From: Octopus bimaculoides
Lineage: Eukaryota
Length of the DNA stretch: 64,000 nt
Direction: 5' to 3'
Assembly (NCBI RefSeq): GCF_001194135.2
Contig: NC_068999.1
Span: forward strand, 51,056,477 to 51,120,476
The translations under genes and the position numbers were made by a program. Shown here one piece after another: positions 39,939 through 53,625 of the stretch; position 1 is the first letter of the stretch, and each line of letters opens with the position of its first letter. The notes under the pieces were generated by a model, which saw only the letters and a list, made by a program, of their open reading frames with translations, did no database searches and was not told where the DNA came from.

Positions 39939-40375
39939 TAAATGCCTTGATACAGTACCAGCCAGTGGTTCACAAGGCTTCTGAACTTAGCTGATTGGAA
40001 ATATAATGTACGTTCTTCTGTTTTGGTATAAAGGATGGTCTACAATAAATATTCTGCTCAATACCACAGATATGCTTGCCAGTTGTTTGACCTTAACCAG
40101 TTGAGCATGTCCCTTGGTGGCTGATGATATGTGCGTCTCCGATCACGAGCAAACATAGTGGGGGAGCAAAAAAATTCTTTCGCGTTTGGTTGATTCACTT
40201 TTGGAAACATGGGTATTTTGTTCAACATCCTTAAACAACCCTTATACAGGGACCATCTGAGCGGAATGGACTACTCGATCTGAAGAAAATCTAACTGGAC
40301 CCCACCTGCAAGGTCATGCGCTGTTTATCTTGATATGAGATCACCATGTAGCGCACATATGGTTGTGATGCATGT
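39937..40375 (+). mobile_element. Non-coding repeat family E, beginning right after (AAT)n, 3' truncated
   Basis: 40118-40250 aligns with the reverse complement of 55456-55608; 40350-40375 aligns with the reverse complement of 25385-25415. Confidence 0.8.
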
Positions 40376-40954
40376 ACATTGACAACAGTGAGAGATATAC
40401 ACTGACTACATCGAAAATGAGATTTGCTGGATACGCCGATAACAAAGTTTCACAGGATTGTCGTCTCTTCTATATGCAACTAATTAGATTTCTTGCAAGT
40501 TATGAATAGGTAATCCGATTATACAATTTTACGCTTTATTAACGATATAAACGTATCAATTGCTTATATATGTGTATGTGTGTATACACACACACACACA
40601 CACACTCTTACACACATATGTATGTAAAATGTGTGTGTATGCGCTTGTATCCATGTGTTTCATTAGCTAAATTAATCCACCGTGATGATTCAATTTCCCA
40701 GATAACACTTACTACCATCACGTAAAATGCATTGTATAAGTTATACTCGTTAAGACTTTTCAATAACCGTCCATTATCTGTTATTTATAAACATACACAC
40801 TTCAAAGTATTGTTGATATCACATGATGAAGTTCATAAATAATAATATGAATTATAATATGAAGCATCGTTGCAACGTACAACAGAAAATGAATTTATTG
40901 TGCGCTAGGAAACAAATCCAGAAACAATTTCTCAAATGTTTTCATAAAATAATA

Positions 40955-41152
40955 GCGAGACCAACAATTTCGGAAGAAGAGGGTAAGTCGGTTACATAGT
41001 CTCCAGTACTCAACCGATGATTATTTCATCGAACCCGAAGAATGAAGGGCAAAATTGACCTCGACAGTATTTTAATTCAGAATTTAAAAACCGGCGAAAT
41101 GCTGCAAAGCATTTTGCCCAGCCTGCTAACGGTTCTCCCAGCTCACCGCCTT
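40955..41152 (-). mobile_element. SINE family A, decayed
   Basis: Ends CCCAGCTCACCGCCTT; contains GAAGGGCAAAATTGACCTCG. Confidence 0.85.
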
Positions 41153-41239
41153 TATTTATCTACATATCAAAACGTATAAAAATAATTTAATATTTAAGTA
41201 ATAGACCATTGACTACTTTTTTAGTGAAGTTCATGTTCG

Positions 41240-41485
41240 GCTGCCAACTGATGTTTCGCTGCACCTGCAAGACAAGCAGAGGAGAATGTCAAAGTATCAA
41301 CCGCTCTCAGACAGATTTGTCGCGCCCGTGGCAGTGGACACCTCCGGCAATCTTTGTCCGGAAACTATATTCCTGCTCACTGCTATAGCTATTCGCAAGA
41401 GCGAACCCCTTGACTCGCAATTGTTGTTCCAGTGCGTCTCTTTCGCTATCCTCTGGAGCCATGTTTTCTGCATGTTTTTTTCGGA
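41240..41485 (+). mobile_element. Decayed CRE-like non-LTR retrotransposon, C-terminal REL endonuclease
   Basis: RRMSKYQPLSDRFVAPVAVDTSGNLCPETIFLL.AIAIR...DSQLLFQCVSFAILWSHVF parallels K..KY...F.P.A.ET.G..G...FQR.S.AI.RGNA of CRE-clade REL domains. Confidence 0.7.
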
Positions 41486-42658
41486 CGGGATTATGGGCCT
41501 AATCAGAAGTCTTTTGAGTTATAACTAAATGACGGAACACATTTTCGCCTCGTGCCTGAAGGTCATTATTAACAATGCTGGTAATTATTTCTTTTTCAAG
41601 AAAATATTTGATTATTATTTCGAATTTTGGCCTATAATATACATTCATTTATGCATACATACATACATACATACATACATACATACATACATACACACCC
41701 ACATTGCATACAAAAATATTAGTTTTCAAATATAGTCATTCTTACTTTGAATAATGATTGTTTCACTTTGTTTCTCTGTTACGTTTTATACACTCGCTCA
41801 CTTTCTTCCTTTCTCTGCTTTGGGCTCACAATTACTTTTACTCTTTTTGATTTTTACGGCCATTTATATATATATAGAATATATTATGACTTTCGGGACA
41901 TGGAAAAACAGCTTCATTTAAGTAACTATATTATTATTGATCACTTCGATATTGCGGAAAACCATGAAAGTTCCAATGACAACGGTGTGAGCTCCCTTGT
42001 TGAATATTATAGCCAGTACATGACTGAAAACGTTTCATATATATTAATGCTGACACGCACATATTAATGCAATAAATCCTATATCGACGCAAATGCTTAA
42101 TTTATCCAAAAGGATTCGTAACTACACATATGCGCATATATATGTATAAGTTTTTCTTTTTTTTTTTCCGTGTCAACTCAATCAAATTGCTCTTTTATGT
42201 TTGCTAATAACGGCAGCTGTCTGTTTTCAACTAAATGCAGCTCCGTCTCCATCAATTTATTTTAAATCGAAATCTATTAAATATTCGTATGTAATGGCCA
42301 ATATGCAATAAAAACACATCACAGGTTTGTTTGTCGCACTATTTATTAATTTAGAATTATAGATAAAAATATGAAATTATTGATTCCCATGTGTAGACAT
42401 TCCTTTCAGACAAATCTTGATCAGGTTACTTTTTGGTTAGTATTTTGTAAAAACGAATATAAAAGCATACTTTCCCGGTCGCTGCTATTTAGATAACTAT
42501 GGAATGAGCTTGGTAGTTCTTTTTGATATCACAAAGATGAAAGCTAGAAGTTCGTTCGATAGGTTAATAGCTCGTGTGTATATGTGTGCGTCTGTGTGTG
42601 TGTGTGTGTGTGTGTTTATGCCTGCATGAGTGTGTGTCTCTGTGTGTGTTTGTTTGTT

Positions 42659-42705
<47 letters not shown>

Positions 42706-43072
42706 TTTTTGTCTGTGTATTTTCATTTTACCTTCCGACATATACTGTATGATTCTCTTCAGAATAAAATAATTTTTACTGAATAGACATTTCATGTCAT
42801 TTTGGTTTTGTATGTCAGATGCAATAAACAATACGTTAGTTACAATATGACCCGGCGTAGGATATAAGTTGTATAATATAAATTATACACCTAAAGCAAC
42901 GGTGAACATTTGGGAATAAATTCTAACTAATATACATATTCATTTTAACTTGCATTACAGACTTTGTACATGGAATTTCTCAAGCCAATTTCTCTACAAT
43001 ATTTTGCTCCATTCACAACAATAATACAGCGAACTATACATGAGAACAACCACGTTCAAAGTACAGGCTAAT

Positions 43073-43444
43073 GTTTTTGGCACTCCGTCGCTTACGGCGA
43101 TGAGGGTTCAATTTGATCCGATCAACGGAACAGCCTGCTCGTGAAATTAACGTGCAAGTGGCTGAGCACTCCACAGACACGTGTACCCTTAACGTAGTTC
43201 TCGGGGATATTCAGCGTGACACAGTGTGACAAGGCTGACCCTTTGAATTACAGGCACAACAAAAACAGGAAGTAAGAGTGAGAGAAAGTTGTGGTGAAAG
43301 AGTACAGCAGGGTTCACCACCATCCACTGCCGGAGCCTCGTGGAGCTTTAGGTGTTTTCGCTCAATAAACACTCACAACGCCCGGTCTTGCGATCCTATG
43401 ACCGCGAGTCCGCTGCCCTAACCACTGGGCCATTGCGCCTCCAC
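43073..43444 (-). mobile_element. SINE family D, full length with TSD, B-box deleted
   Basis: TSD ACAGGCTAAT at 43063-43072 and 43445-43454; head has CCCGGTCTTGCGATCC where the 26.4-kb copy has CCCGGTCTGGGAATCGAAACCGCGATCC. Confidence 0.93.
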
Positions 43445-43454
43445 ACAGGCTAAT

Positions 43455-43845
43455 AGGGATTGGACAATAGACATATCCGTATCTTAAAAAAAAGTTCGCA
43501 TCACAAGTGTGTGGATATACGTTCGATTCTGATTCGCTGAATATAAATTTGCGAACACATGGAAAACGAACCTCCATTAACTATTCTGCCTTTATGTCTT
43601 TGCACACCTTCCGATGCAATGTATGCCAGAAAGTTTGGAAATCTAACGGAGGCTTCAAAAGACATTTTAAGATCCACAAAGATCAGAACTTATCTCCGGC
43701 TCTTGCTGGTCCAAATCGGATATGCAAACTACGTGGGTGCCTTTTTAAAATATTGTTTGGTTTAAAAAGCCATATCAGATACCATTATGGTTCTAAGGTA
43801 TAGGAGGAAGTCAAAGTTTGCATAAGGAGTAGACTACCACCATAT
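43455..43845 (+). mobile_element. LINE 3' end with C2H2 zinc fingers (RTE-like), decayed
   Basis: ORF 43507-43803: CNVCQKVWKSNGGFKRHFKIH and ICKLRGCLFKILFGLKSHIRYH (C2H2 spacing, GL.SH.R.H as in RTE C-termini); then a short UTR-like segment. It lacks TGEKPY linkers, so a cellular ZNF gene is less likely. Confidence 0.6.
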
Positions 43846-44771
43846 ATGCAATATACAGGTGTGTGTGTTTATGTATGTACTTATGTATCTATGTATGTAT
43901 GTGTGAATAAATGTACGTATGCTTGACTGCATGTATACTTAATTGCTTTCTACATTTCTTTGTAAACCATATATCACTCAAATAAGTGTACAAGACAAGT
44001 TTATGGTAGAAAACACTTGGTTAAGACACTGTCTCGAAGTATCAAAATCTAACATATAAAAACCAAGCTTTCCAGATCAATAGCTTTATTGCACAACCAG
44101 GTCTGCACCTGTGTCAGAAAATATATTCCATATAAATTTGTAAACAGCCAATTTACAAACAGTATCAAAGTTATAATTATATCATGTTTTCTCTTGCAAC
44201 AGTGCATTGCAAAAATATAAGCTAAAAAAGTATATAATCTTCTCAGAAAGTCAAGTGACATGTTCATGTATCAATGATACATGATACTGGAACATTTTGC
44301 TGACATACAGGAAAATTACCAAACTTAAAACTGTATCAAGAACTCCAAAGTCAACTGGAGCATAAGCCAATAAGATTGTTGTAATTTTTACGTTCCAGTC
44401 TGAAATTCATGTGCACACAATTATAGTGACTTAAGAATGAACTAAATCGATGTGGTAAATGTTATTCAATTGTCAGCGTTCCCCATGCTGTGTCTGCATA
44501 TTAACTGTCATATTCACGTATATTATATATGAAGAAATACCATTGGGGGCACTGGAAAGTTATTTCGCACGTCATAATATAGTTTTATGTGTCGTCGGTT
44601 TTATTCTGAAAACTTGGCAAAAGTCATTGCACACCAGCAAATCATTTTTCTTTTTTTTCCTCAGAAGTGCAATATGAGGCAAAAATGAGATTCGGTATAA
44701 TAAAAGAATGCATGAAATATAACTATAACGGATAACTAATTAATGTGATGCTCTATTTGCTCTATATATAC

Positions 44772-44828
<57 letters not shown>

Positions 44829-44831
<3 letters not shown>

Positions 44832-44996
44832 GGCACTCCGTCGCTTACGACGTTGAGGGTTCCAGTTCATCCGATCAACGGAACAGCCTGCTCGTGAAAT
44901 TAACGTGCAAGTGGCTGAGCACTCCACAGACACGTGTACCCTTAACGTAGTTCTCGGAGATATTCAGCGTGAGACGGTGTGACAAGGCTGACCCTT
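44829..44996 (-). mobile_element. SINE family D, 3' part (5' truncated)
   Basis: Nearly identical to 43078-43245. Confidence 0.93.
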
Positions 44997-45622
44997 CTGT
45001 ATTCGTTTGCTTCTTTCATAAAAAAAATACGACAATTTAAGTTAAACGAAATAAATATACAATATTTTCTAAGTTAACATATTTACTCAAAAATATGTAA
45101 CAGCAATTTTATACAAACCATTCCAAAGATGAGAACATTGACTACCTTCAGCTTTATTTACTCTGCATATATTAAAATATTGTGACATGGTTTTGGTAGA
45201 TGTCCAATTATGAATAATGAGAACTTTTCTTTTCATTTCCTTTCAATAAATAAATAATTGTTATCGTTTTATATATAATTAAATGGTTGCTAAAGCCTTA
45301 TTTATGAGGATCGCTTTTGAAATCAATATTTATAACTCTATTGATACTATTATCCAAAGATATATTGCAGTAATAATAGAATCTCTGCTAGTATTTATAG
45401 AAATTAAACAGGGAATAAAAAGTAAATACTTTACTATTCATCAAATGGGAATCAAACTGAAAAATAGATTTATGAAACAATCAATAATCAATATCTATCT
45501 CAAATATGTCTATGATTTTGAAATACCAGATTGCACAAAATTTTAGATGTCAATGATGTATTTAGGGAATGTAATTACAGACATAGCCATTCTTTTCTGT
45601 ATGTACGCATAAACACACACAC

Positions 45623-45674
<52 letters not shown>

Positions 45675-46222
45675 TGGTGAATGTATGTCTTATGTATGTG
45701 GTGGGGTTTGTGACGGTACAGCTGTTAGATAATACGTGTGAATTATTTTGAAATGTCGGTATTTCAATTATATAGAATTGATCTTCGGTATTATGTAAAA
45801 TTACTAAATTATGTTGTATTGGACAGAGAATGAGATTTACTAGAATATACTCATTAATATATTCTACTTATACCCGATCGATCTTCGCAGATTAATTGAT
45901 TAAAGTTCTTCTTTTTACGCAGCACATGCACTCCTAAATTTAGAACATAGTATTTGGATATTTTCGGTTTAGATAGATTACCTTTTGCCTCGATCGTTGT
46001 ACATTTATATTCTCTATAGTCAAATCAAAATATGTACTTTGAACGAAGAAATACTTTGACTGTTTCAGGCTGTGTTATTAATCTAAATAGCAAGAATTTT
46101 CTATATTCTTGCATGAAACTGAATGTTATATATCATATTTATTATTTTAGCCTACTATTAGTACTATTTCCGACGGATTTTCATGTGTACGCTTAGTTAT
46201 TTATAATGTGACGTTGCTGGTA

Positions 46223-46261
46223 AACATTCTGATGAAGCTTTTGGTGAAATGAGTTATATTT
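46223..46261 (+). ncRNA. Decayed minimal hammerhead-ribozyme-like motif (Penelope-type pLTR remnant)
   Basis: AACATT-CTGATGA-AGC TTTT GGT-GAAA-TGAGTT; both core boxes intact, stems imperfect; AATAAA about 15 nt downstream. Confidence 0.35.
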
Positions 46262-47873
46262 TCTTGTATTTATTTTAATAAATTCCTTTATAGAAAATAT
46301 TCTTGTTATAGGGAGATTATAATACAGTACTGTAAAGTTATAAAATATATAGTAGCAAATTTAACCATGTGATATTTCGTAATCCCAAAATCAATAATGG
46401 TACAAGCACGTATATAATCCTTTAGTGCGCTAAGTAGTTTCTATTCTTGAAAAACAAACAAGTGAAAATATATGTACTTAACTCGGAGGAACGAACATAT
46501 TTATATCCCTGTTCTTATTTGCTTTATAACTAACCACTTATATGTGTGTTTGTATGTATGAAAGCATATGTATAAAGTTGTTGGATTCCATTCATTCGAC
46601 AACACGCAGGACACGTTGCAGCCAATAAATGTGTTTTGACGGTTAGACTGGACGTTACTTTATCGCTATCTATTGAACAAACGGCAATTATTAATTCTAG
46701 CAAATCTACCCAGGTACGATGGAAGCATAGAGTGGGGAAATGTGTAAATGGACTTGATGGACTTGATGTGTAAATGGACTTGATAGATTACTGGGTGATG
46801 TCTTAGAGAAATCACATTATTGTTAGCCTTCATCGGATTACTGATGAAATCTCCCTTGTCGAAAATTCGAAGTCACTAGAATACTATACTTGTAAAAGAA
46901 TAATACATATCTATACATAAATGCATATAAACAAACACACACACATATTATAAGTATATAGATATGCATATACATTATCCATATGTAGGCACATGCTTGT
47001 ATACATACCCATGTATGTATGTTTTCGCACGCGCGCCAAATTGTTAGATATAAATGTGAAAAATAATTATGTGTATATGTAAATAATTTGATAATGCATT
47101 ATATCATACATTACATTGCTGTTGATAGTGGAATTTTCAGATTCTTCTATGAACCTCTTGAGAATTAAACATATCTATGCAAATGATGTAAGCTATGTAG
47201 CTATATATCTACAAATCATAAACTTTAAGAGACGTTGAACATATGGTAAAATATTCAAAGTATAAAATATCTTAATAATAATAATATTCAATTCATAATT
47301 TACCAAATGTCCCGTGTGAAATTGTTTTTATAATTATGTTATTGAAACGATAATATAGACAGCATAATTAGGTACCAATTGGGCCACATAAGAAGTATTT
47401 GAAGTGATTGTATGTACAACGATATTAGAAAGTCTTCATTGTGTACTAAAGTTTATATCACATGATCGGTTTTGCTTGCCAATTTACGCATTATTATACA
47501 ATTCACTCCACGTATATTCATTTTGGTTCAGCACAGTGAGTCCTACAAAAGTGAATTGAAACACACTTTTATGTTTGTGACCAGTCATTATGTAGTTAAG
47601 TAGACTTTGCAGCGGTACTCTCACAGGAGAACAAGACAAACGTTCAAATTTAACAATACTGACAGCTTACAAGAATTGCAGGTGTGCTCAAAGAATTTAA
47701 CTACTCCCAGACTTCAAAATTAGATATTTCTTTTACTGTTCCCAACAAAGATTTTTCCTTTTGTCTCTTCACTTACGCATATGCATAAAGAGAAATGAGT
47801 GTGCTAACAGACGCATGCGCAGAAGTTTGCAAAATAACAAATGAATACACATTCATCAGCACAGATTCTCAAA

Positions 47874-48256
47874 GGCGTACGAGTGGCTGTGTGGTAAGAA
47901 GCTTGCTTCCCAACCACATGGTGCCAGGTTCATTCCCACTGCGTGGCACCTTAGGTAGGTGTCTTCTACTATAGCCTCGGACCGACCAAAGTCTTGTGGG
48001 TGGATTTGGTAGACAGAGCACATACACACACACATATATATATGTGCGTCTGTGTGTGTACCTGTGTGTTTGTGTCTGTATTTGTCCCCCCCCCCACCGT
48101 CATCACTTGACAACTGATGTTGTGTTTATGTACACGTAACTTAGCGGTTCGGAAGAAACGACCGATAAAATAAGCCCTGGGTCGATTTTTTTCTACTAAA
48201 GGTAGTGCTCCAGCATGGCTGCAGTCAAATGACTGAAACAATTAAAAGAGAAGAAT
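47874..48256 (+). mobile_element. SINE family B, full length
   Basis: GGCGTACGAGTGGCTGTGTGGTAAGAAGC...GGATTTGGTAGAC...(TG)n...GTGCTCCAGCATGGCTGCAGTCAAATGACTGAAAC; collinear with 715-1143. Confidence 0.92.
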
Positions 48257-48789
48257 TTATTGACATATAGGTTCATGCACAAATACAGTCGTTTATGTGT
48301 GTATATATACCATTGTGCATGTTTATGAATATTATAAAGAAATACTTCCTGTAACGAGCATCCATTAACATTTTTATTCCGCAATATGGCCTCACCTCAG
48401 AAAACGACTGCAGGCAATTTGTAGTTGTTTGTTGTACTAACCTCAGGATTCATTTCTTGCTGCTAAGCATAAACTTTTGACCAGAATGAGATTAAATTTA
48501 CATTTAGTTTTCACCCACTATGTGCTTCAAATGATGTAATCACAAGATGAAATGAAAGATATGTAAATCTCTCAAGTTGTTTCAGTTGAATCCTATTTTG
48601 CGTTTAAATAGCATAAACAATACAGTTTTATTAGAGGATTCTTTTACCTCCGAAGTTTAACTACTCATCCTATAAATTTACCATGTTAATCTCCTTTGCT
48701 TTATTGGGTAGGAGGAGAATAACAAGACATAGCAACATGCTTCCTATTATCATGGCTCCGATTTCGGTTATACTCTGTGTTACTTATCT

Positions 48790-48980
48790 GTCTCTGCATT
48801 TTCCCTACTACTACGTGGCATCCGCTGTTCGTTTGGTTACTTCCTCGTGCCAAAACATTTCAGCAAAGTAACGGATAGAATAAGTACCAGGCTTCAAGTG
48901 AAATCAGTACTGGAGTTCGATTACAATACTTCAGAGCGGTGGCCCAATAGGGCTGCAGTCTAGTGACGGAAACAAATGGT
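48790..48980 (+). mobile_element. Decayed 3' part of a family B-related SINE
   Basis: GATAGAATAAGTACCAGGCTT...GGCTGCAGTCTAGTGACGGAAAC. Confidence 0.55.
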
Positions 48981-49625
48981 GAAAGGAAATTTTAAATAAA
49001 CAATAAGTGTTAACTAAACTTTTTCATTTCGCTATTGCACTTTTTAGGAATATCTGCTCCCGCTAAAAGAGATGTCGATCATGCTTTTTTTTTATTGGAA
49101 ACGGAATATAAACATACACACAAGTGTGTGTGTGTGTGTGTGTGTGTGNNNNNNNNNNNNNNNNNNNNNNNNNNNNNNNNNNNNNNNNNNNNNNNNNNNN
49201 NNNNNNNNNNNNNNNNNNNNNNNNNNNNNNNNNNNNNNNNNNNNNNNNNNNNNNNNNNNNNNNNNNNNNNNNNNNNNNNNNNNNNNNNNNNNNNNNNNNN
49301 NNNNNNNNNNNNNNNNNNNNNNNNNNNNNNNNNNNNNNNNNNNNNNNNNNNNNNNNNNNNNNNNNNNNNNNNNNNNNNNNNNNNNNNNNNNNNNNNNNNN
49401 NNNNNNNNNNNNNNNNNNNNNNNNNNNNNNNNNNNNNNNNNNNNNNNNNNNNNNNNNNNNNNNNNNNNNNNNNNNNNNNNNNNNNNNNNNNNNNNNNNNN
49501 NNNNNNNNNNNNNNNNNNNNNNNNNNNNNNNNNNNNNNNNNNNNNNNNNNNNNNNNNNNNNNNNNNNNNNNNNNNNNNNNNNNNNNNNNNNNNNNNNNNN
49601 NNNNNNNNNNNNNNNNNNNNNNNNN

Positions 49626-49699
<74 letters not shown>

Positions 49700-50037
49700 T
49701 ATTCGAAGACCCATCTTGATAAGTTTATATATTTATATCTGCAGTGTGCAAGAAGGTAATGCTTTCTTAGCAGTATGACATATATTGATCACGAAGATGG
49801 CGTGTCCACAAATCATACATGCAACGTATCGGTGTAACTGAGATATTGCTTCAGAAGATATATAGTAGAACATGCAAACTGTAATATGACAGAGCATATA
49901 TGCACTCACACAGATAGACACACACGCACATACATACATACATACTTACATAACTTATTGTTTCTTCTCTGTGGTAGCAATTGTACATTCACTGACGTCA
50001 CACAGAGAGCAACTAACAAAACTTACTCATAATAATT

Positions 50038-50113
<76 letters not shown>

Positions 50114-52506
50114 TAATAATAATAATAGCAGCAGCAATGAAAACAACCTCAATAATAAGAATAATTTGTACAAATTTTCTAAATATGCNNNNNNNNNNNN
50201 NNNNNNNNNNNNNNNNNNNNNNNNNNNNNNNNNNNNNNNNNNNNNNNNNNNNNNNNNNNNNNNNNNNNNNNNNNNNNNNNNNNNNNNNNNNNNNNNNNNN
50301 NNNNNNNNNNNNNNNNNNNNNNNNNNNNNNNNNNNNNNNNNNNNNNNNNNNNNNNNNNNNNNNNNNNNNNNNNNNNNNNNNNNNNNNNNNNNNNNNNNNN
50401 NNNNNNNNNNNNNNNNNNNNNNNNNNNNNNNNNNNNNNNNNNNNNNNNNNNNNNNNNNNNNNNNNNNNNNNNNNNNNNNNNNNNNNNNNNNNNNNNNNNN
50501 NNNNNNNNNNNNNNNNNNNNNNNNNNNNNNNNNNNNNNNNNNNNNNNNNNNNNNNNNNNNNNNNNNNNNNNNNNNNNNNNNNNNNNNNNNNNNNNNNNNN
50601 NNNNNNNNNNNNNNNNNNNNNNNNNNNNNNNNNNNNNNNNNNNNNNNNNNNNNNNNNNNNNNNNNNNNNNNNNNNNNNNNNNNNNNNNNNNNNNNNNNNN
50701 NNNNNNNNNNNNNNNNNNNNNNNNNNNNNNNNNNNNNNNNNNNNNNNNNNNNNNNNNNNNNNNNNNNNNNNNNNNNNNNNNNNNNNNNNNNNNNNNNNNN
50801 NNNNNNNNNNNNNNNNNNNNNNNNNNNNNNNNNNNNNNNNNNNNNNNNNNNNNNNNNNNNNNNNNNNNNNTCTAATAAGAGTAAGAGTCGGTAAGGTAAA
50901 ACATGAGCTTTTAGTTTCGAACTCGACATACTCAGTGGAAGATTGGTTTTTCACAATTATCTCCGCAAAAATTATGAATTTCCTCGAACGACTATTAATA
51001 GTATTAATTTGATACAACCTTTGCAAAGATTTCAGACCCCTTCAATTATTCATTCAGAAATCATTTTATCTATTGCATTTCATTTTAATACATCGACAAT
51101 TAAATTAAATGATACCTATTTTAAATGGCGAGATGCTTTCAGTTGCAAGGTGTAGAGTTATTGTTTCAGATGTAAGCTTTAAATTTATTCACATTCCGAT
51201 TGTATTTTAGGACTAGAGTGAATATATCACTTTGAATAGTCATTATCATCAAGAAATACTATCCTGGAAACGAATATGAATTTCTGTTAGTGAAATAAAC
51301 GTATTGTATAAAAATCATTTTGTAGAACAATTAGCCTTCATTGAAGTGCGGCACAATGAAATTCAAGTACAAACCTTATGGAGGAAAGTTTGATAAAAGA
51401 ACATCCAAGGCAAAATATTTCGGCCGTAAACATTCATGTAGATGTAGACAATATTGTTTGTAGCTATTGATTGAGTACTCCGATCCAGCAGCTTCCTACA
51501 TTGAAATGTAATACTAATGCTTCTATTATTCTTTCTACTGATGCTTTTACTCATACTTGCTTGAACTGCAGTCTCTGGATAGAGAAGTTATTGCGAAATT
51601 ATTGATTCCTTCAAAAACGATCACCACCATTGTTTTTGTTTTTTTTATAATGGTAGCCGAGAAGTAAATCCTTAAGGAAATATATATTATCTCTTATGGT
51701 ACAAAGTGTGTGCAACCATTTAAATTTGACCCTGCAATACCTATAAAAAATAAGCAATACATACAAGGTAATTTTGAACTCAGATTGTGAAATCCAGAGG
51801 AAATGCTACTAATCATTTTGTCCGGCGTGCAATTAAATCTCCCAATTCACTGTCTTCATTTTAACAGCTACCTTTGTCAAGTAGCAATCATATTTGTGAG
51901 CAAAGACATCCAGTATTTAATTGATTGTATCATAAATAAAAGCTATAAATTAAGCGTTGTGTTAATTTTCATCCGAAAATGACAAGTATAGCAAAAATAT
52001 TCTCTGATGTCAAACGCGTGTTTACAAAAATTCTAAATAAAACACCGTAAAAATGAAGAAACGCATATATCGTGATTTCGCTTTAAATTATAATACCAAT
52101 GTCATAATATCACACAGCTTTATTTCTGTTAACAAATTTGTTGATATCACGAGCGTATATGAGATTTTTTTTTTTTTATAGAGACCAATAATTTCTGTAA
52201 GAGTATTGTAACTGTATTAAAAGAAATATATTTTTGTATTGTTAATAATTTGATAGTGACAGAGTGTTGTAAATTGTGAATATGATGTCGGAACAATATA
52301 GTTTGACATATTCTAACACCATTCAAACAACTCGAAGATTCAGTAAAATTTCCAATGATAAATGGTTCAACGTACGTATTGAGAAAATATTACGCTAACG
52401 CTTGTTATTATTGTGAAATATGTGATATGAAGTTTAACTATGAAGTTTAACACGAACATAGATTTTAGGCTCTGGATATTCAACATATGAGCAATGAATA
52501 TTGTAA

Positions 52507-52570
<64 letters not shown>

Positions 52571-53339
52571 TCTCTCACTCTACTTCTTTTTCCCCTTCCT
52601 CTCTCAATCGATCTCCTTAACTGCATGTCTCTACATCTTTCTATGTTTATCTGTTTTTGTCTGTGTATATGTCTTTGTATGTGTGTGTCTTTTTATCTGT
52701 CCGTCCCCGCTCTATCTTTGTCTCTCCTTTCTCTTTTATTCTCCGAGAAGCATGTACACACACACACACATATATACACACTTACTGTATTCATACGACC
52801 ACTCTAAATCGGTCATGAAAATGGTAAACATATTGACAGCTCAATTCAGAAAGAAAGTAAAGAATGCCATTTTCTCTACTTTATGCATTTTCAATAGATT
52901 ATCAAACATAAATGTTCATAGTGTCTGCACTGTACATATTACGTAGATATAGCAAAATTGCTGAACTCACACACTCAAAAACGTTTTTATTTCGGTGCAG
53001 TCAGACATGTTTCCACATTAAATGCTTCATACCATCATTGTTGAACTCAAGTGAACTTTGTAGAAAATCCGTCATGACATGTAACTAATAAATTCCAACA
53101 ATTTCCATGTTCTCTTGAAAAGAACATCGACTTTTCCTTCAGTATATTATAGCATACATGTTTCAAGTTACATTTGGTATTAAGTTTATTCACTTAATTT
53201 ACGTGTATTTATTACAGTGTCAATATGTGTTTTGTATAACAGAACGTCCCATTTTTATTTGAAATACAGATATCAATCCTAGAACAAAAGTTCTGATACC
53301 TTTAATTAATAAAATCAACATCTTCTGCTTTTTTTTCTT

Positions 53340-53625
53340 TCACATGTTTCAGTCACTGAACTGCGGCCATACTGGGGTACGACCTTGAAGGATTTTGCCG
53401 AAAAATTCGACTGCAGTAATCATTTTTTAAGTCTGGTAATCATTTTATCTATATATGTGCGTGTGACTGTCTGTATGTTTGGGTATGTTTTTCTAGCTCA
53501 CAAATACGCTCACCAGTCACTGGTCAGACTGGAGCTCTAGTAGAAGACACTTGTCAAATATGCCCCGTGAAAGGATTGAATTGGAAACGACGTGGCTACA
53601 AAGCAAGTTGCTAATCACACTATGA
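53340..53625 (-). mobile_element. Family B-related SINE, decayed
   Basis: Plus-strand TGTTTCAGTCACTGAACTGCGGCCATACTGG (tail) and TAGTAGAAGACACTTG (post-tRNA segment) are reverse complements of family B parts. Confidence 0.7.

Noticed and set aside
46740-46784. Short nested duplication ATGTGTAAATGGACTTG
   Set aside because: Ordinary replication-slippage scar; too few units for an array and no spacers, so not CRISPR-like.
47800-47850. Minus-strand CTGATGA with a small hairpin
   Set aside because: No GAAA box or stems I/III; not a hammerhead.
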